Assembly (NCBI GenBank): GCA_018992685.1
Contig: JACVGT010000007.1
Span: 42,378-106,377, forward strand
DNA: 64,000 nucleotides
From: Theionarchaea archaeon
GTDB lineage: Archaea > Methanobacteriota_B > Thermococci > Methanofastidiosales > SZ-28-30
Direction: 5' to 3'
The notes beneath the pieces were generated by a model, which saw only the letters and a list, made by a program, of their open reading frames with translations, was not told where the DNA came from and made no database searches. The position numbers and the translations under genes are program-made. Numbering within the stretch: position 1 is the stretch's first letter; every line of letters starts with the position of its first letter. This document shows positions 59,544 through 64,000 of this stretch, piece by piece.

Positions 59544-59651
59544 GTCTTGTCGATTCCAGTCTTCCTGATAAATTCTTTCAAGGAATGTACCTGTTATGTC
59601 GTATCCGGAGATTTCAGAGCAAACCTTTAAAAACGTTGATCTTCTGGCAGC

Positions 59652-60845
59652 ATGATGATTGCCATTCTTGGTATTCCTCTAGCTTTTGCCACCATTCTGC
59701 TCCTTGTGAGAAAAAAGGTCAGTTACGGTCTTGCTATCGTAGTGGGGAGCCTGATTATCGGTGTGTTCTCAGGATTCACTGTGAGGGAATTTGTAGACTG
59801 TGCAGTTGAGACTGTTAGGGACGAACAGACACTCACACTGACTGCAGTCATTACTCTTATTGGCATCATGGGTTACTGCTTTAAGCAGACTGGCCAGATT
59901 GATAATACCATCAGCGAACTACGGGGAATTTCAGGCGAAAAAACAATTCTAGCTGCCATACCTGCTGCATTTGGCATGCTTCCCATCCCCGGAGGTGCTC
60001 TCATGTCAGCGCCAGTCATAGAGCCAGAGGCTGACAGACTGCAGCTGACTCCGGAGCACAAGACCTACCTGAATCTATGGTTTCGCCACGCACTGCTCAT
60101 CATTTTTCCTCTCAGCGCAACAATTATCCTGCCTGCCAGTCTGGCGGGGATAAGCGTTTTCACCATGGTTGCACTGCTTTTGCCTCTCTTTTTGGTGGCT
60201 GTGGCTACAGGGTATGTGATGGGATTGAGATCGATTAAGAAACGTGAAGGTCAGCATGGAACAGGAAGTATCATGCGCGTACTCTATGGGCTGTCTCCCA
60301 TATTGCTGGTGATTGCACTGAATGCAGTGGGAGTCCCACTGGTGGTGGGCTTGATTCTGGGGCTGGTCCTGTTGCTCTTTGAGAGTAATCTGACAGTCAC
60401 GCAGTCACTTCATACCGTAGTACGAGGGATTTCAGTCAACATGGCAATAGCCATGGTGGGGATCATGTTTTTCCGCCAGGTGGTTACTGCGTCTCCCGTG
60501 GTTGCGGAAGTCATGGGTCTTTTAGAAGGGAGTCCTGCAGCACTGCTGATCGTTGGCCTTCCTTTGGTGGTCAGTCTGTTCATGGGACTTGCTCTTCTGT
60601 CTATTGGAGTATGTTTTCCCTTGCTGGAGTCACTATCTCCGTTTTCTCCTCCTGTTTTTGCCACTATTCTGTATACCTCTGCATTCGCTGGGTACCTGGC
60701 AAGTCCCCTGCACTTGTGCCTGATTCTGACAAAAGAGTACTTTCATTCATCATTATTTGGAGTTTACAGGCGTTTCCTACCTTCAATTGGCATCCTTATA
60801 CTCTATAATATCTGCTTTACACTGTTTTTCTTGTGGCGACTGTAG
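59652..60845 (+). CDS. DUF401-like membrane protein
   Basis: GMLPIPGGALMSAP, NLWFRH, SPLHLCL. Confidence 0.82.
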   Translation: MMIAILGIPLAFATILLLVRKKVSYGLAIVVGSLIIGVFSGFTVREFVDCAVETVRDEQTLTLTAVITLIGIMGYCFKQTGQIDNTISELRGISGEKTILAAIPAAFGMLPIPGGALMSAPVIEPEADRLQLTPEHKTYLNLWFRHALLIIFPLSATIILPASLAGISVFTMVALLLPLFLVAVATGYVMGLRSIKKREGQHGTGSIMRVLYGLSPILLVIALNAVGVPLVVGLILGLVLLLFESNLTVTQSLHTVVRGISVNMAIAMVGIMFFRQVVTASPVVAEVMGLLEGSPAALLIVGLPLVVSLFMGLALLSIGVCFPLLESLSPFSPPVFATILYTSAFAGYLASPLHLCLILTKEYFHSSLFGVYRRFLPSIGILILYNICFTLFFLWRL

Positions 60846-60937
60846 ATTGTAGAATTAGGGATTATCTGGCAAAAGAAGTTCTGCCCTTCAGCTAATCTTT
60901 ACGGAAAAGAACAGATATTCAACCCCTCGATCTAAGT

Positions 60938-61462
60938 CTAGAGCTCTTCCAGCTCTTTTTTAAGTGATTGGTACTCCTCCTTTGAGATTTCGCCTCTGGC
61001 CAGTCTCACTTTCAAAATCCTGAAAGGATCGTCCACAGCGGGTTTCTCGACAAGGGGAAGACCTGCCCTGGTCCTTGTGATCTGTTCCTCGATTGTCCTG
61101 AAAATTTGAGATGCACTCTTATTGGGAATTCCCCTCAGTACACAGTCCTCTGACATGAATCTCATCTCGATGTGAATGCTTGAATTTATGATTCCCTTCT
61201 CTATTCTGGTATTGGCCATGTCGCTGTACCGGTAGTCTGTAATATTTCTACGGAGCCCAAGGGTGGTGGGTCTCCTCACCACGATTCTGTGAGTGGTTAC
61301 AAAGATTGAATCAGGGGTTAGAGCCTGTTCTAACCTGGCCTGCCTCACTGCATGAAGAACGTGCTCTCCCGGAATCAGGACGTCTTTGATGTCTCTTGGG
61401 ACTTCAATCTCAAGGCCGGTGAAGATTCCCCCAGTGACAGACCCTTTCTGTTCTTCATTCAT
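60938..61462 (-). CDS. Bacterial PH-like domain + SHOCT domain protein
   Basis: LIPGEHV..IFVTTHRIV; C-terminal ILKVRLARGEISKEEY. Confidence 0.82.
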   Translation of the reverse strand: MNEEQKGSVTGGIFTGLEIEVPRDIKDVLIPGEHVLHAVRQARLEQALTPDSIFVTTHRIVVRRPTTLGLRRNITDYRYSDMANTRIEKGIINSSIHIEMRFMSEDCVLRGIPNKSASQIFRTIEEQITRTRAGLPLVEKPAVDDPFRILKVRLARGEISKEEYQSLKKELEEL

Positions 61463-61667
61463 TGTGATGACCTTGAGTCAATCCATATAAATGTTGGTTC
61501 GGATTTGAAAGAGGTTGATGATGCTTTTTATATCAAATCTCTGGAATGAATTACTTGCAGGTATTTCAAAGCCACACAAATCTCTTTCAGTTGGAAGAAG
61601 ACGTCGATCAGTAAGATTTTTGAAATGGAATGGTTCTTACTCATGCAGCTGGGCCGTCTGTCTCCCA

Positions 61668-62243
61668 TTACCCTAGTTTCTTTAGAGAGCTACACCCGAA
61701 GGAAGCGTCAGGACCACATCCCACCACAAATCCCAGGCCCAGAATCCAGGCTGCTGCATCATCCAATCTATCGATCTCGTACTCCACGACCCCCGTGTAC
61801 GAATGAAATACTCTCTTGTCACTGCGGCTCGATCTCCTTTCCAGTTTATGGTAATGTTTCTCGCACCTGAGAATCCTTCCCTTGCCCTTTGCATCTGGGA
61901 TTATATGCCCGCTCCCATATTCATTAACGAGCCTGATAACTCTGTTTCTGATCAGAGAGAGAAGTCGCTCAAAAGAAGGGGGAAACTCATTGCCTGTGAA
62001 GGGTGTTCTGAACCCAACTGCAATTCTCTTGTCAGTAATCCTCTCTGTGTCGTGGATGTCCTTCAGCAAGAGATTTCTCAAAAAAATTGTCTCTCCGTCA
62101 TATATATTCTTGCCCGTAAATCCACATTCAATACTCCTGACATGGAACCTGTTCAATCCTTCGTACCTGGGAGCGTGCAACCCCCTTTTTCCTAAAAGAT
62201 TCATTCCAAGTATGACATGGGGAGCCTGAACGAATGGCTTTTC
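61668..62243 (-). pseudogene. cas6: N-terminally truncated Cas6 (RAMP) endoribonuclease remnant
   Basis: PHVILGMNLLGKRGL, FRTP, RRSSRS..SYTGVVEY, G-rich loop GCGPDASFGC; frame closed by a stop just upstream of 62243. Confidence 0.65.
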
Positions 62244-62373
62244 TTAAGCAAGAACTCAGGAAAACAGTGAACAATATGAAAGATCAATACAGTGAGTTGT
62301 TATTGTGTGCAGGCGTGGTGGATAAGAAATACAACTGTACAGTCCTAGAATGAGCTGCTATGCATAGAATATT

Positions 62374-63999
62374 TCAGCTTATCAGTTTCTTCCAACATTT
62401 CCGACAGATAGCTCGCTCCTCATAGTTCCTGTGAGGTTCTTGAACATAAAATATTGCACCGCAATCACTACATGTCCACTTACTCAGCCTCGATATGTCA
62501 ACATCACCAAGACTCTCGACTCCAGATGCCACTAACCTCCTCATATTCCCCTGGCCAGCAATGATCTTTCCCTTGTCCCGCAACACTGCTAACGTATCCA
62601 CAACCCTATTAGGATTTTCAAACCTCTTCACCACATCCTCAATCCTCGTGTCATCCTGTGGGATCTGCTGCAGAATGGTCTCCTCATCATACTCGTCCAG
62701 AAGCCTCTGTTCTTTCACTTTACATTCTTCCTTCTTTTCCTCTAAAGTGTGACCATTTATGGAACTTTCACATTTCCTTGAACCTTCATCCTTTTTCTCC
62801 GTTTCCACCTCATTATCGTCCTCCAAAAAACATGGAACCTTTTCCGAAAAGAACCAATTATAATCCCCTTCTATTTCACACGTACCTCCATCACATTTCA
62901 CGTTCAGGTTCCATACTTCCTTAAGCTCTCCCAGGTACTCTTTCAGCCGTTCCTCTGGAAATATATCCCGAAAGTACGAGTGATCACAACTATCCACAGG
63001 TTCACCAGTTTCACCCTCAAGTCTGCACTTCACAAAAATCACCCGTCTCCCATCAGTAGGATCTGGCTCATGCGTTAACCACCCAATATCCTCTAATGGC
63101 TCAAGGAACTTCGTCCTTAACCGAGTACGGCTCAGAGACATCTTATGAACTGTAACATACTTCTCCCGTATCGACTGGTACGTTATTGACCCAGGGATCT
63201 CACAGAGCACCTCATCATAAAAATCAATGACAGGCTGAGGCACACCCGTTACCGTGGTCTCCCTCACCGAATCAAATAATGACCTCCCCACCCAGAAATC
63301 ATACTCATTCGCAATCAAATATGACCCCTCATCCCCTACACCAAAGCGGACTCTCTGCTCCTGGTGCAGAAAAGCACTCATCCGGATGAGTTCCATCAAC
63401 TTATCAAAATCTCTCATAACTCGGGGCTCGTTCCTCTCGTACGTTTCAGCCAGTCCCTCTGCATACGGGACACAGACCTCAACCTCTGACTTCAGGAGAT
63501 TCACCGCTTTTTTCAATAACCTCTCCTGTTCATCTTCCACATTCAGCCAGGGCCTGGAATACTGCCTCCCCTTGTATGCCAGAACCTCCCGTATCTTCTC
63601 AGTTGAAATATCTGGAGTGGTCAGCATACTCCGGGTCGATAATTCCTCCAGGAACGTATAGTCCGTGGTGCAGAACAACGTGGCAGGCCACCCCTCGATA
63701 ATGACCTTTTTCGTGCCCAATTTACCCGCGATTCTGTCCGTGATCTTGTATTCAATCTCCCTTCGATCATGGCTTAGTATGGGCCTTAACATCTCCAAGG
63801 TTTCCTTCCGCGGAGACTCCATAAACACCAGAATCTTATCCTGCAATGAAATATACACTTTCCCATTCTCTAACTGACCACGTTCATGTATTAACGCTTT
63901 GGGGGACATATCACCTATAAACCATACATCCTTTTCCGGGAAGTACTCTGCAACAGTTTTAGCTAAGTGCGTTTTCCCCACAGAGCTCTCTCCCTTCAG
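62374..63999 (-). CDS. P-loop ATPase/helicase-like replication protein with C-terminal Zn ribbon (5'-partial), probably from an integrated element
   Basis: Frame open to window edge: LKGESSVGKT Walker A, EELSTRS, RVMRDF, CSDC..CRKC. Confidence 0.75.
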   Translation of the reverse strand: MKGESSVGKTHLAKTVAEYFPEKDVWFIGDMSPKALIHERGQLENGKVYISLQDKILVFMESPRKETLEMLRPILSHDRREIEYKITDRIAGKLGTKKVIIEGWPATLFCTTDYTFLEELSTRSMLTTPDISTEKIREVLAYKGRQYSRPWLNVEDEQERLLKKAVNLLKSEVEVCVPYAEGLAETYERNEPRVMRDFDKLMELIRMSAFLHQEQRVRFGVGDEGSYLIANEYDFWVGRSLFDSVRETTVTGVPQPVIDFYDEVLCEIPGSITYQSIREKYVTVHKMSLSRTRLRTKFLEPLEDIGWLTHEPDPTDGRRVIFVKCRLEGETGEPVDSCDHSYFRDIFPEERLKEYLGELKEVWNLNVKCDGGTCEIEGDYNWFFSEKVPCFLEDDNEVETEKKDEGSRKCESSINGHTLEEKKEECKVKEQRLLDEYDEETILQQIPQDDTRIEDVVKRFENPNRVVDTLAVLRDKGKIIAGQGNMRRLVASGVESLGDVDISRLSKWTCSDCGAIFYVQEPHRNYEERAICRKCWKKLIS

Positions 64000-64000
64000 G

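Noticed and set aside
61460-62370. CRISPR array near the cas6 remnant
   Set aside because: No regularly spaced direct repeats here or elsewhere in the window
256-63877. Numerous antisense and alternate-frame ORFs inside well-supported genes
   Set aside because: Shadow ORFs of the coding strand with no independent signals
1-64000. tRNA or rRNA genes
   Set aside because: No cloverleaf with T-loop consensus or rRNA-like tract recognised in the intergenic regions

Overview
An archaeal chromosomal segment. The ribosomal cluster (rps19e, PDCD5-like, rpl39e, rpl31e, eIF6, rplX, prefoldin alpha, ftsY), archease, FEN1, EndoQ, Sm protein and many BRE-TATA promoters placed just upstream of start codons support this. 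A Thermococci/Theionarchaea-like anaerobic heterotroph is my inference, not a checked assignment. Housekeeping and metabolic content includes a deoC-phosphomutase pair with a BMP-family nucleoside ABC transporter, crotonase, acyl-CoA ligase, tandem VOR- and POR-type oxoacid:ferredoxin oxidoreductase blocks, an orphan beta-gamma pair and several transporters. The best candidate for an undescribed system is a RiPP-type cluster at 10158-14870, lying between the binding-protein and ATPase genes of the nucleoside ABC transporter. It has an unannotated 35-aa Cys-rich precursor (MNMTILIEAEEQIMEPLCITEGTGSWCCRICHPYV), a hairpin/U-tract, two radical SAM-SPASM maturases and a cobalamin-type radical SAM enzyme. 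Other notable items are a co-oriented DNA-repair cluster (radical SAM-HhH fusion, FEN1, ligase, EndoQ, dUTPase), an Lrp-like regulator with a convergent Gly-rich micropeptide and a decayed copy 200 bp away, a 16-aa lysine-rich micro-ORF with its own promoter, structured leader, SD and terminator, a bacterial-type peptide deformylase, and a truncated orphan cas6 next to a probable mobile-element ATPase running off the window end. No rRNA, tRNA or CRISPR array was found. All calls come from reading motifs by eye; no database search was run.
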